Shown: one piece after another, positions 19,333 to 30,032 of the stretch
Numbering within the stretch: the first letter of the stretch is position 1
Layout: every line of letters begins with the position of its first letter
Source: a virus
Direction: 5' to 3' (one strand)
Virus record (IMG/VR): IMGVR_UViG_3300015244_001866
Location: 1 to 64,000 of that record
Length of the DNA stretch: 64,000 nt
The notes under the pieces: generated by a model
Told to the model about the DNA's origin: nothing
The model's database searches: none
Seen by the model: the letters and a program-made list of their open reading frames with translations, nothing else
Program-made: the position numbers and the translations under genes

Positions 19333-22300
19333 ACTATTATCGGGACAAATACTTAGAGACGGGGGCAGCGGGCAATTTATTACATTGCCTGGCGCTCAGC
19401 CTGCTCTTGGTCCTAGTCCATCTACTGGTACTGGTTTTACACTTATTACTGATGCGGCAGGTGTAACTAGTTACAGTAATATTCTAGGTAACATTGTTTT
19501 TTCTAATGGTACACTAACAAACTATGTAACAAACCAAGACTTCCAAGTTGGCACATCTGGCACAGGCACATTTAAGATACATGCGCCTACGCAGTTTTTA
19601 AATTCAGTTTTATTTGCAAACTCACTGACATTTGTAGATTTATTAGCATCCGGACTGGTAAGATTTAATTCAGGAGTTAATTCAACTGCATCAAATAACG
19701 GAACCCTAGTAGTTGATGGCGGCGTTGGAATTACCAAAGACGTATTCATTGACGGCATACTTGATGTACAAGATGGGTTGAATGTGCATGGTACTGTTGA
19801 GTTAAGTCCGGCTGGCTATAGTGTAACTATTTCCCCATCTAGCGGTGGACTATTAACTATTAGTCCAAGCGCAATTGGATCAATTAATAATTTAACAGTC
19901 GGCGCCCTTACTCCACAGTCTGGCAAGTTTACCACATTAGAAGCCAGTGGCGATACCCTAATCACCTCTCTAACCAGCAGTACTAGTACTGCTACAGGTG
20001 CATTGGTTGTTAGAGGTGGAGTTGGAGTTGGTGCTGATCTAAATGCTAGTAGAATTTTTGATAACGCAAATAGAGTTATTAGTCAAGCCTATGTTGGTCC
20101 TGGTCTAAGTATCAGTACTAATACCGGCCCTGTAGTCACACTAACTAATACCGGCGTATTGAGTTTAATTGCAGGCACTGGAACTTTTGTCAGTAATACT
20201 ACAGGTAACGTTACTATTTGGACCTACGGAAATACATTCCAGCAGGTAACTGAGCAGGGAAATACTACTACACTGCCTGTTTATTTTAACAATACAATAA
20301 ATGCTACAGCTACTAATACTGGTAGTATTATTATTGCAGGCGGAGTAGGAATTGCTAAAGATATATTTATTGGTGGAAATATATATGCTAACAATTTAAA
20401 TCCTTCACAGATATATGCTTATACTGCAACTTTTACTTCAACACAGATAACTGGTCTAGCAGGTAATACTACTACCTTGTCAAGTAATGCACTATATGTA
20501 GCAGGCGGTACTGGAGTTCAAGGTAACTTAACAGTAGGCGGTAGCGGATTCTTCTACGGAAACTTAACAGTATTTGGAACTTTGACCACTGTAGTCAGCA
20601 GTGTAGCAGACATAGGTAGAAAAGTACTAGCATTATCTACCAGTGCTGGCCCTTCAATACTAGCCATTGATAGCGGAATAACTGTTGGACCAATTAGCAG
20701 TCCTTTTGTCAAATTCTTATTTGACGGTGTTAATAATTGGAAGAGTACAGGTAACGTAATTCCTAGCACCAACGGTGGATATGACCTAGGAACTTCTGCA
20801 AATAATTGGAACGACCTATTTGTTCAATTTGCTAGAGTAACTGACGGCACAAATGCAACTAACACTACATCTGGAGCACTAACTGTTGTTGGTGGTGCCG
20901 GCATTGGTCGTAACTTATATGTTGGCGGACAAGCAAGAATATTAAATGATATTGATAGTTCTAGCACTTCAACCGGCGCCTTAACAGTAGTTGGCGGCAT
21001 AGGTGTTGGCGGTTCTGCTTATGTCGGTAATATACTAAGAGTATTTGGTACAAGTAATTCTACTAGCACTCAAACAGGCGCATTGATTGTTAGTGGTGGT
21101 GCTGGTTTTGCTACTGATGTATATGCTCGCAATTTCTTTGATGCTGGCGGCAATCGTGTATTAACTACTAGTTCTATTGCTGAGTTTGGTGTTACAAGAA
21201 TAATTGGCGGCACAGATACTGCGGTGAGTACTGCAACTGGTCAACTGGTAATTTGGAATACTAGCACACTACAGACAGTTACCAGCAGAGGTAGTACAAC
21301 TACTGTTGCAATCACTATTAATAACGGCACCAACGCTACAAACAGCGCCACTGGTGCCTTGATTGTTGCTGGCGGAGTTGGTATTGCTAAAGATTTATTT
21401 GTTGGCGGTAATGCTATTATATACGGCAACGCTACATTTAATGGTACAGTAACCAATGTATTTTCTACCAATACGGTCTATACTGATAATGTAATAGAAT
21501 TACATAAACCTACCACAGGTACATGGTCAGTTAATGACGGAAAAGACATTGGATTAAAATTTAGTTTTTATTCAACAGTTAGTACCAGTGCATTTTTAGG
21601 TCGAGCTAACGATACAGGTTATTTAGAGTGGTACGGAACCGGAGTTGAAACTAACGGATCAACATTTAGCGGAACCTACGGAGTATTTAAAACTGGTATA
21701 GTTAACCTTGTTGGAGGAGTTGAATCATCAAGTACAGCCACTGGCACACTGATTGTTTCAGGCGGAGCTGGAGTTGGCGGAAACTTGTATGCTAAGGCGG
21801 TATATTCTAATGGAAGTCCTGTATTAACTGCCGCATCCTTAGCAGGATTTGGTATCAGTTATATAACCGCTGGAACAGACACAGCTATATCAACCAGCAC
21901 CGGTGACGTAAGAATTTGGAACACTTCTACGCTCCAGACTGTGGTCAGTAGAGGAAACACTTCAAATATTGCGATTAATATTACCAGTACCGCATCTAGT
22001 ACAAGTACAAATACTGGGGCATTAGTTGTTGCAGGAGGTCTAGGTATTGGTGCAGATGTCTGGGTACAAGGAATTATTCATGCCGCCGCCATAGATGCCG
22101 CTAGTCTCAGCTCGTCTGTTGATGCAACTTTTGTCAATGTCAATGCTACTGGCAGAATTATTACTACTACTGATTTAGATTATCCAATACAAATCAACAG
22201 TGATGCTGATACTACCAGCACCTTCTATTCAATAAATGCAAATTCTGGAACTAATGCCTCAGCTGGACTAGTTATAGAAAACAATGTTAATAACAGGGTA

Positions 22301-23314
22301 GAATTAATACTCAGTAGTTCAAACAGATCATTTAACGGGTTTGGTACAGGCACAGCCTACTTATTCTTAAGTGATAATATAGATAAGTTCGGTATTGGTA
22401 ATAATGCTGAATTAAATTTCTACACTCAAGGTGCTGGCAATCTTGTACAACCTGCCTTGCAATTGGGAACAACTGGCACAATTACCGTAACTGATACCAT
22501 ACGAATTGTTAGCAATCAATCAAGTCCAGTGCCTACTTCTAATCTATCATTAGAATCCAATGCAGTTGCCGGTAGCGTTGGTATTACATTAAAGAATACC
22601 AGCATCAATGGACAAAGCTATACCTTAGATGTTGGAGGAAATAATAGATCTGGCCAGGGCGGCAGTGCTATTAATGAAGGTAATTTTACACTAAAAGACA
22701 ATGCAGGCACAGGAACCTACAGATTAGTTGTTACTAAAAATACAGGAAATTTACTTGTAGGATTTGATACCAATTATAATAATAATAAACTACAGGTAAA
22801 TGGCAGTGCATATTTTAGTAAGAGTGTTATTGCTACTACGGGTACTTTTCAAGATTTAAATATTTCTGGTACTAGTACAATCTATGCAGAACTGACAGTA
22901 ATTAACAATTTTATTGCTGAAAATACTTCAACATTTAAAGGACCAACGACCTTTGAAATAACTGCTACATTTAATAAATCTGTGATAATTGGTAGTAGCA
23001 TACAACAAACAATAGCAACTCCTATAAATACAACGAATCCAACATCGATTGATAGCTACAATGCATCGCTGTATAGATCTTCAAGGAGTTTAGTGCAGAT
23101 AACTGAAGGAAGTGTATTCCACTTGGTAGAAGTTGTGTTACTGCATGATGATTCTGGAACAGTTTATAAGAGTGAATACGGTATTCTATCAACCGGAGAT
23201 CAGTTAGGAGATTTTTCTGCAAGTATAGTAAGCGGTCAAGTTGTATTGTATTTTACTGCCTATACTTCAACAGCAAAAAATATTAACGTGGTGCGAACCG
23301 CAATCGGTGTTTAA
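19325..23314 (+). CDS. Long Gly/Thr-rich tail fibre-like protein
   Basis: 1329 aa. Many STxTGALxVxGGxGxG repeats and GTDTAVS...WNTSTLQT modules; C-terminal YRS...LHD...VYKSEYG domain. Confidence 0.8.
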   Translation: MPKLLSGQILRDGGSGQFITLPGAQPALGPSPSTGTGFTLITDAAGVTSYSNILGNIVFSNGTLTNYVTNQDFQVGTSGTGTFKIHAPTQFLNSVLFANSLTFVDLLASGLVRFNSGVNSTASNNGTLVVDGGVGITKDVFIDGILDVQDGLNVHGTVELSPAGYSVTISPSSGGLLTISPSAIGSINNLTVGALTPQSGKFTTLEASGDTLITSLTSSTSTATGALVVRGGVGVGADLNASRIFDNANRVISQAYVGPGLSISTNTGPVVTLTNTGVLSLIAGTGTFVSNTTGNVTIWTYGNTFQQVTEQGNTTTLPVYFNNTINATATNTGSIIIAGGVGIAKDIFIGGNIYANNLNPSQIYAYTATFTSTQITGLAGNTTTLSSNALYVAGGTGVQGNLTVGGSGFFYGNLTVFGTLTTVVSSVADIGRKVLALSTSAGPSILAIDSGITVGPISSPFVKFLFDGVNNWKSTGNVIPSTNGGYDLGTSANNWNDLFVQFARVTDGTNATNTTSGALTVVGGAGIGRNLYVGGQARILNDIDSSSTSTGALTVVGGIGVGGSAYVGNILRVFGTSNSTSTQTGALIVSGGAGFATDVYARNFFDAGGNRVLTTSSIAEFGVTRIIGGTDTAVSTATGQLVIWNTSTLQTVTSRGSTTTVAITINNGTNATNSATGALIVAGGVGIAKDLFVGGNAIIYGNATFNGTVTNVFSTNTVYTDNVIELHKPTTGTWSVNDGKDIGLKFSFYSTVSTSAFLGRANDTGYLEWYGTGVETNGSTFSGTYGVFKTGIVNLVGGVESSSTATGTLIVSGGAGVGGNLYAKAVYSNGSPVLTAASLAGFGISYITAGTDTAISTSTGDVRIWNTSTLQTVVSRGNTSNIAINITSTASSTSTNTGALVVAGGLGIGADVWVQGIIHAAAIDAASLSSSVDATFVNVNATGRIITTTDLDYPIQINSDADTTSTFYSINANSGTNASAGLVIENNVNNRVELILSSSNRSFNGFGTGTAYLFLSDNIDKFGIGNNAELNFYTQGAGNLVQPALQLGTTGTITVTDTIRIVSNQSSPVPTSNLSLESNAVAGSVGITLKNTSINGQSYTLDVGGNNRSGQGGSAINEGNFTLKDNAGTGTYRLVVTKNTGNLLVGFDTNYNNNKLQVNGSAYFSKSVIATTGTFQDLNISGTSTIYAELTVINNFIAENTSTFKGPTTFEITATFNKSVIIGSSIQQTIATPINTTNPTSIDSYNASLYRSSRSLVQITEGSVFHLVEVVLLHDDSGTVYKSEYGILSTGDQLGDFSASIVSGQVVLYFTAYTSTAKNINVVRTAIGV

Positions 23315-23326
23315 GGATAACAAAAA

Positions 23327-26300
23327 ATGTCAATTTCAAAAGATTTTATAGTTAAGTCAGGTTTACAGGTACAGGGTGCTAACGGCACTGTATCTACCAA
23401 CACGGGTGCTTTGCAAGTAGGTGGCGGCGCAGGTATTGCAGGCAGTGTGTTTGTTGCAGGAACTGGTACATTTGGCACAACTAATCCTGGCGTAGGATCT
23501 ACTACTTCAGTAACTCTTCAAACCCTACAGGTCAAAGGTGGTGGGTTTGGCGTCGTAGGCGACAGCTACATCAATGGAAATATTGGCGTCACCGGAGTAA
23601 CCAATGTTACTAATAGTCTTGCTTCAACTTCAACAAATAGTGGCGCACTAACTGTAGTAGGGGGAATCGGAGTAGGCGGTGATGGTTATTTTGGCGGACA
23701 ACTATTTTCTCAGAACGCAGGCGTTATTACCACAGCCAGTCTTGGTGTATATGGCGTTACTGCGCTGTTTGCAGGTACAGATACCGCAGTCAGTGCCAAT
23801 ACAGGTACTGTAACAGTTTGGAATACCAGCACACTACAGACAATCACCAATAGAGGCAGTACAACTACTAATGCTATCTATGTCAATAATAATACCAATG
23901 CATCATCGACAAATTCTGGTGCATTACAGGTAATAAATGGCGGTGCCGGCATTGGTGGAAACATTTATGTTGGCGGCATTGTCACTGGAAATTCTCTAAG
24001 TGTTGCAACCACAGCAGGTTTTTATAGCACAACAGATGCTACTAGTATTAACACAGGCTCTGTGGTCATTGCAGGCGGCCTAGCTGTTGCTAAGACTATC
24101 TATGCATTAAATGAAGTTATTATCAGTGCTAACGCAAGCATATCAGCAGTAGCATCTAACGCATTGGCCGTTACGGCAGGCGGTCTAGGCGTTGCGGGCA
24201 CAGCATTTATTCAAGGTAACACACTTATATCTAGCACCACTACCAGTGCTAATACTAACAGCGGTCAAGCATTATTGGTCACAGGTGGGGTTGGAGTTGG
24301 AGGTAATTTATACGCTTCAAATCTCATTGCGTCTTCAACAGTTAAGGCAACTTCGGGCGGAGCTGGCTCACTACAAGTAGCTGGCGGTGGATATTTTGCC
24401 GACAACCTAGTAGTCATGGGAACTGCGGCCAGTACCGGTACAACTTCAAGTAATGCACTATATGTAGCAGGCGGTGCTGGTATTGAAGGATCGTTATTTG
24501 TTGGCGGACCAGTAACATTCTCTAGTCCAGTAACATTTAATGGTACAGCAACTTACGTTCTAAGTACAAACACATTCTATACTGACAACATGTTAGAATT
24601 GCATACTCCTCCAGGTGGAGTTAGTGTGCCATGGACAGTTGATGATGGTAAAGATATTGGTCTACGTTTCCATTATTATAGTGGCGCTGATCAGAATGCC
24701 GCACTGGTACTTGATGCAACTTCAAAAGAACTACATTGGTACAGTAGCGGTGCTGAAGACCTAAGCGGTAATTTTGGCGGTACTGCTACGTATGGTATTT
24801 TTAGAACCGGAGCATTGGTATTAACCACTGGCACAGTTGCTACCAGTACTTTAACTGGTGCGCTACAGGTACAAGGTGGTATTGGTATCAACGGTGCTTC
24901 GTATTTTGCTGGTATTGGAGGCAGTGCAAGTACAAGTTCTGCCAGCGGACAAGGCTTAGTTATTGCCGCTAACGGCCTAGGAGTTACTGGCGGAAGTTAT
25001 TTTGCCAGCGGGCTTGGTATTGGTGGCGCCGGACTAACTGTAGTCAATGGTGCAAACATTGGCACAGTATTAACCATAGCTGGCGGAACAGCCAGCTTTG
25101 TCTCTACTAATACACAAGGTCTAGTTGTAGGTGGTGGTGGCATTGGAGTTACAGGTGACTCTTATGTCAATGGCGCGGTACAAATTTCAGGAATTACCAC
25201 AGTAACCAATGTTACAAATGCTACCAGCACTAATACAGGTGCATTGAACGTTGCTGGCGGACTAGGGGTTGGTAAAGATCTATATGTAGGCGGTACGGTA
25301 TTTGGTAATCTAACTGGTACGGTCAGTACAGCTAGTAATCTAGCAGGAGGGCTAGCAGGAGGTATTCCGTATCAACAGGCTCCTGGCAGTACAGTATTCA
25401 TACCAATTGGCAGCAACGGCTCTGTATTGACCAGCAACGGCTCTACAGCAACTTGGTCAGCACTGGGTGGTGTTGCCGCAGGTACTGCAACTAATGCAAT
25501 TAATGTAGCTATCACAACCACTAATATCAGTGCTAGTTATAATGTGCTGTTTGCCAGCAGTACTACTGGATTCCAAACAGTTTTTGGTGATACCGGACTT
25601 ACATTTAATCCTAATACAGACTCATTAACTGTGTCTGGTACGGCTGATGCTACAAGTACTACAACAGGTGCATTGGTAGTCAGCGGTGCAGTAGGCGTAG
25701 GCAGGAGTTTGTTTGTTGGCTCAACTGCAACAATTTTAGGCGCAGTTAAAATATGGGATGCCACAGTAGGAACAAATACCACTACTGGCGCACTGACAGT
25801 TGCAGGCAGTATTGGGTCTGGACCAATTTATGCCACACAGTTATATGATTCTGGAAACAGAGCAGTAACATCTGTAGTACTATCTGCAGGCAATCCTAGT
25901 ATTGGCATCAACACTGTTTCTAGTCTAGGCACATCAACTAGCTTTACTATTACTAATCTAGGTGTTACAGCACTTTCAGGTACTACCTATATTGGTGTTA
26001 GCAGTTCGACTGGTTCAGTAACACTGACAAATCTAGGTGTCCAAACTCTAACAGCAGGTACAGACACTGCGGTCAGTGCTAGCACAGGCACAATAGTAGT
26101 ATGGAACACCAGCACACTACAGACAATTACTGATCGTGGCTATACAACTACTAATTTAATCAGTATAACAAATACCACACAGGCAACTACTACAACTAAC
26201 GGTGCTTTAACAGTTGCCGGCGGTGCTGGCCTACAAGGTAACTTATATGTCGGCGGTACTGTAGTTAGGACAGGCAACGTATCAACAAGCGGTTGGCTGG

Positions 26301-27031
26301 CTAATGGTGTTGGATTCTCAAGTCCTTCTGCAACCTACACTGATACTAGTTTAACTGGTGCACAGGCCACTGCTACAATACATAGTTTTGGCGCACCAAC
26401 AATTGCCGCAACAGGTGGAACACCTACCTACGCAGATGCCGCAACATTATATATTGGTGGTAGTCCAATTGCTGGCAGTGGCGCTATAATTACCAATCCA
26501 TGGAGTTTGTTAGTTGGTAGTGGCAACGTAAAAATTCTAGCTGGAACGACTAATAATAGCACTAGCTCAGGAGCACTACAGGTTGTTGGAGGTGCAGGAT
26601 TTGGTGGGGCAATCACTGCCGGCGGTTCAGTAACTGCGGGAACAGCAGTTTCCGGAGCAGTGGTAAACGGCTTCATAACAAATAATACATTAATTGCAAC
26701 CTATGTCAGTACTGTCATAGGCACTACTTCAACACAGAACTTAGATACATGGAGTACTAGCTCATATCGAACAGCCAAATATATGGTTCAAATGGTAGAT
26801 ACAGCCTTTACTCCGCAACGTGTTCATGCTACAGAAATTATGATGTTCCATGACGGTGCTGGAAACGTTTATAAGAGCGAATACGGTATTGTCACTAACC
26901 TAGGAGAGCTAGGTACATTTGATGCCTCTATAACTGGCGGCAATGTACAGCTTACTATGACTCCGAGTTTCCCAACATTAACGCCTAGTTCATTATTTGT
27001 TAAGGTGTATAGAACAGCAATTACATCTTAA
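23327..27031 (+). CDS. Long Gly/Thr-rich tail fibre-like protein
   Basis: 1234 aa; same repeats and C-terminal YRTAKY...HDG...VYKSEYG domain as the previous gene; N-terminal DFIVKSGL. Confidence 0.8.
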   Translation: MSISKDFIVKSGLQVQGANGTVSTNTGALQVGGGAGIAGSVFVAGTGTFGTTNPGVGSTTSVTLQTLQVKGGGFGVVGDSYINGNIGVTGVTNVTNSLASTSTNSGALTVVGGIGVGGDGYFGGQLFSQNAGVITTASLGVYGVTALFAGTDTAVSANTGTVTVWNTSTLQTITNRGSTTTNAIYVNNNTNASSTNSGALQVINGGAGIGGNIYVGGIVTGNSLSVATTAGFYSTTDATSINTGSVVIAGGLAVAKTIYALNEVIISANASISAVASNALAVTAGGLGVAGTAFIQGNTLISSTTTSANTNSGQALLVTGGVGVGGNLYASNLIASSTVKATSGGAGSLQVAGGGYFADNLVVMGTAASTGTTSSNALYVAGGAGIEGSLFVGGPVTFSSPVTFNGTATYVLSTNTFYTDNMLELHTPPGGVSVPWTVDDGKDIGLRFHYYSGADQNAALVLDATSKELHWYSSGAEDLSGNFGGTATYGIFRTGALVLTTGTVATSTLTGALQVQGGIGINGASYFAGIGGSASTSSASGQGLVIAANGLGVTGGSYFASGLGIGGAGLTVVNGANIGTVLTIAGGTASFVSTNTQGLVVGGGGIGVTGDSYVNGAVQISGITTVTNVTNATSTNTGALNVAGGLGVGKDLYVGGTVFGNLTGTVSTASNLAGGLAGGIPYQQAPGSTVFIPIGSNGSVLTSNGSTATWSALGGVAAGTATNAINVAITTTNISASYNVLFASSTTGFQTVFGDTGLTFNPNTDSLTVSGTADATSTTTGALVVSGAVGVGRSLFVGSTATILGAVKIWDATVGTNTTTGALTVAGSIGSGPIYATQLYDSGNRAVTSVVLSAGNPSIGINTVSSLGTSTSFTITNLGVTALSGTTYIGVSSSTGSVTLTNLGVQTLTAGTDTAVSASTGTIVVWNTSTLQTITDRGYTTTNLISITNTTQATTTTNGALTVAGGAGLQGNLYVGGTVVRTGNVSTSGWLANGVGFSSPSATYTDTSLTGAQATATIHSFGAPTIAATGGTPTYADAATLYIGGSPIAGSGAIITNPWSLLVGSGNVKILAGTTNNSTSSGALQVVGGAGFGGAITAGGSVTAGTAVSGAVVNGFITNNTLIATYVSTVIGTTSTQNLDTWSTSSYRTAKYMVQMVDTAFTPQRVHATEIMMFHDGAGNVYKSEYGIVTNLGELGTFDASITGGNVQLTMTPSFPTLTPSSLFVKVYRTAITS

Positions 27032-27095
27032 CGGACGTAATTGATTTTGAATAAATATTGGTTAGTAACTAGCCTATTGGTGGAAAGGGAAACTA

Positions 27096-29996
27096 ATGGC
27101 ACTGAATAATGATTTTATCGTCAAGAATGGCCTTGTGGTCAAAACCACAGCCACGATTCTTAGCGGAATAAATTCTATTTCTACAAATTCAGGTGCCTTA
27201 GTAATCACAGGCGGCGTTGGCATAGGTGGTAGTTTATATGTTGGCGGCACAATATTTGGCACAATCATAGGCGGCATAACTACCGCTACTAATCTTGCAG
27301 GCGGCCTTGCTGGCTACATACCAATACAATCTGCCTCAGGACAAACTGCCTACATTCAAACAGGTACAGCTGGCTTTGTTCTGCAGATGCAGATTAATAA
27401 TACTGCTACCTGGGTCAGTACAAGTAGTCTAGGTATCAGTGGCGGAGGCAGTGCTTCTGCTGGTAATGCGGCAACTCCTGTTTCTTCAGGCACAGTCTAT
27501 GCAGTGACTACTGGCTCATTAGCCAATGTGAATAATGTGGCTCTAGGCTGGCAGTCTGGTGTGTCAATGACCACCGGTACATTTAATAATTCTCATGGTT
27601 ATCAAGCTCTATACAGTAACACCGTAGGCAGTTCTAACGCTGCCATTGGCGTTCAGGCCCTCTACAGCAACACTGGCGGTAATTTTAATACTGCTATTGG
27701 TACCTGCGCTCTATACGCTAATACTACCGGTGCATGTAACCTTGCTATTGGACATCAAGCTCTCCTCTGCAATACCAGCGGTGTTGCAAATATTGCTGTA
27801 GGTTTCCAAGCACTACTGGCTAATACAACTGGCGTGGGAAATATTGCAATAGGGTATGCAGCATTAACGGCAAACACCATAGCATGTCAAAATACCGCAA
27901 TTGGATGTTTTGCATTATGGGGCAATACCACTGGTTGCAACAACTTTGCTGTTGGTTATCTTTCACTGGCAACAAACAGTGGTGGTCAAAGTAATACCGC
28001 AATTGGCGGAAATGCCTTAAGATTTAATACAACTGGCAATGGCAACGTAGCAATTGGCTACACTGCCTTACAAGGAAACACTACCGGTAGCAACAACTTT
28101 GCAGTCGGTTGCTGTGCTATGAAGTCTGGTGCAAATACTGGATGGAATAATACAGCGTTTGGTTACGGTGCGCTGTTTGCCAACATATCCGGGTGTAATA
28201 ACGTTGCTATTGGATCGAATGCATTAAATTTAAACACTGGCGGCAGCAATAATATTGCTATCGGGTGTAAAGCATTGTGTTGTAATACAACTGGTAGACA
28301 TAATCTTGCATTAGGGTCTTTTGCTCTTGGTGCAAACAATGATGGCGTTGATAACATTGCCCTCGGTAACTGCTCGTTATATGCAAACATCAGCGGTTGT
28401 GGTAATATTGCAATAGGTTATGGAACATTAAAATCCACCACCACCAGCAACAACAACATTGCAATTGGAAGTGGCTCACAATGTTCTTTTGTTGGAACTG
28501 TGGGAAGTAATATAGCCATAGGCTGCGGAACTCTCAAGTGCAACACTACTGGTTTTAGTAACACGGCTATTGGCACAGGGGCACTACGAGATCAGACTTT
28601 TGCAACAGAAAATACCGCAGTAGGATACGGTGCAATGAGTAGCAATCTCACTGGCACCGGCAACGTTGCAGTCGGAGTCTGCGCACTAAATTCAAACCAA
28701 AGTGGTTTTAGTAACACAGCTATTGGTTCTTACGCCCTGAACAAAAATCTTAGCGGCCACTCTCATGTAGCAATGGGCTCATACGCATTACAATGTCAAA
28801 CTGGCGGATCTCACAACATTGCTTTAGGATTTGCATCTGCTAACTCAAGTACAACTGCTTGTTTTAATATTTCGTTAGGGTCGTATGCGTTAAATGATAA
28901 TTGTACAGGAAATAATAATATTGGTTTAGGCTATCGATCACTGTTTAACACATTAAATGTTTCTTGCAATATGGGTATTGGCGTAGAAACATTATTTGAT
29001 AATACAACTGGGGTTGGAAACATAGCCATAGGGTATCGGTCAGGATGTGCAATTACTACAGGTAGTTACAATGTGGTCATTGGTGGCAGTACTGGTAGCG
29101 GTATAGCGGCAAGTAATTGTAACATCATTATTTCTGATGGCTTTGGCACTGAAAGAATTACTGTTTCTTCTACAGGTACAGTTTCAATTACATCTGCACT
29201 ACAGAGCACCAGTTCAGTAGCGGGTAACGCACTGGTGGTTACAGGCGGTGTAGGTGTACAGGGCAGTCTGTATGTCGATGGTCCTGTTAATTTTAATAAC
29301 AATGTTATATTTGGCGGAACCAGCACCTATGTGCTCAGTACTAATACAGTCTATACTGACAATGTCATTGAGTTACACGCTCCGGGATCTGTGAGCAACA
29401 CCTGGTCAGTTGATGACGGTAAAGACATTGGCCTAAGAATACACTACTATTCAGGCGCAGATAAAAATGGTGCACTGGTATTAGCCAATAATTCAAAATA
29501 TCTAGAATGGTATAGTGATGCTACAGAAAGTATCACAGGCACCTTTACCAACAGAACTTATGGTACTTTCAAGACCGGCGGCATTCAATTAGTAGGCGGA
29601 ACCAGTTCTACTTCAGTGACCACAGGTGATCTAACAGTTACTGGCGGTGTTGGAGTAGCCAAGAATTTATATGTAAATGGCAGTTTGATATTAAATGGTG
29701 CACCTGTTACCACACAGCAGGCCCTAAACACCTATGAATTTACTGCCACCAGCGGGCAGACAAGTTTTCCAATCTCTGGAGGTTACAGTGTAAGTCAAAT
29801 TGAAGTATTCAGTAACGGTGTGTTAATGAATTCGGGAGACTATACTGCTACAAACGGATCGACGGTGGTCTTTACTTCAGGTAGAATTAGTGGCGATATT
29901 GTACAGATACGTACATTTAACACCTTTACAGTGGCCAGTTCTGTAATGGCCAGTGTGGCCTATGCAACGGCCATTTCAACAGCTATGGCAATGTGA
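27096..29996 (+). CDS. Fibre protein with central Cys-rich YadA-head-like beta-roll repeats
   Basis: 966 aa; N-terminal DFIVKNGL; tandem 17-aa N-x-A-I-G-x-x-A-L-x-x-N-T-x-G repeats; C-terminal FTATSGQTSF...VFSNGV domain. Confidence 0.8.
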   Translation: MALNNDFIVKNGLVVKTTATILSGINSISTNSGALVITGGVGIGGSLYVGGTIFGTIIGGITTATNLAGGLAGYIPIQSASGQTAYIQTGTAGFVLQMQINNTATWVSTSSLGISGGGSASAGNAATPVSSGTVYAVTTGSLANVNNVALGWQSGVSMTTGTFNNSHGYQALYSNTVGSSNAAIGVQALYSNTGGNFNTAIGTCALYANTTGACNLAIGHQALLCNTSGVANIAVGFQALLANTTGVGNIAIGYAALTANTIACQNTAIGCFALWGNTTGCNNFAVGYLSLATNSGGQSNTAIGGNALRFNTTGNGNVAIGYTALQGNTTGSNNFAVGCCAMKSGANTGWNNTAFGYGALFANISGCNNVAIGSNALNLNTGGSNNIAIGCKALCCNTTGRHNLALGSFALGANNDGVDNIALGNCSLYANISGCGNIAIGYGTLKSTTTSNNNIAIGSGSQCSFVGTVGSNIAIGCGTLKCNTTGFSNTAIGTGALRDQTFATENTAVGYGAMSSNLTGTGNVAVGVCALNSNQSGFSNTAIGSYALNKNLSGHSHVAMGSYALQCQTGGSHNIALGFASANSSTTACFNISLGSYALNDNCTGNNNIGLGYRSLFNTLNVSCNMGIGVETLFDNTTGVGNIAIGYRSGCAITTGSYNVVIGGSTGSGIAASNCNIIISDGFGTERITVSSTGTVSITSALQSTSSVAGNALVVTGGVGVQGSLYVDGPVNFNNNVIFGGTSTYVLSTNTVYTDNVIELHAPGSVSNTWSVDDGKDIGLRIHYYSGADKNGALVLANNSKYLEWYSDATESITGTFTNRTYGTFKTGGIQLVGGTSSTSVTTGDLTVTGGVGVAKNLYVNGSLILNGAPVTTQQALNTYEFTATSGQTSFPISGGYSVSQIEVFSNGVLMNSGDYTATNGSTVVFTSGRISGDIVQIRTFNTFTVASSVMASVAYATAISTAMAM

Positions 29997-30032
29997 GTAA
30001 ATATATGAATATGGACAAGGAAATAAACTAAA

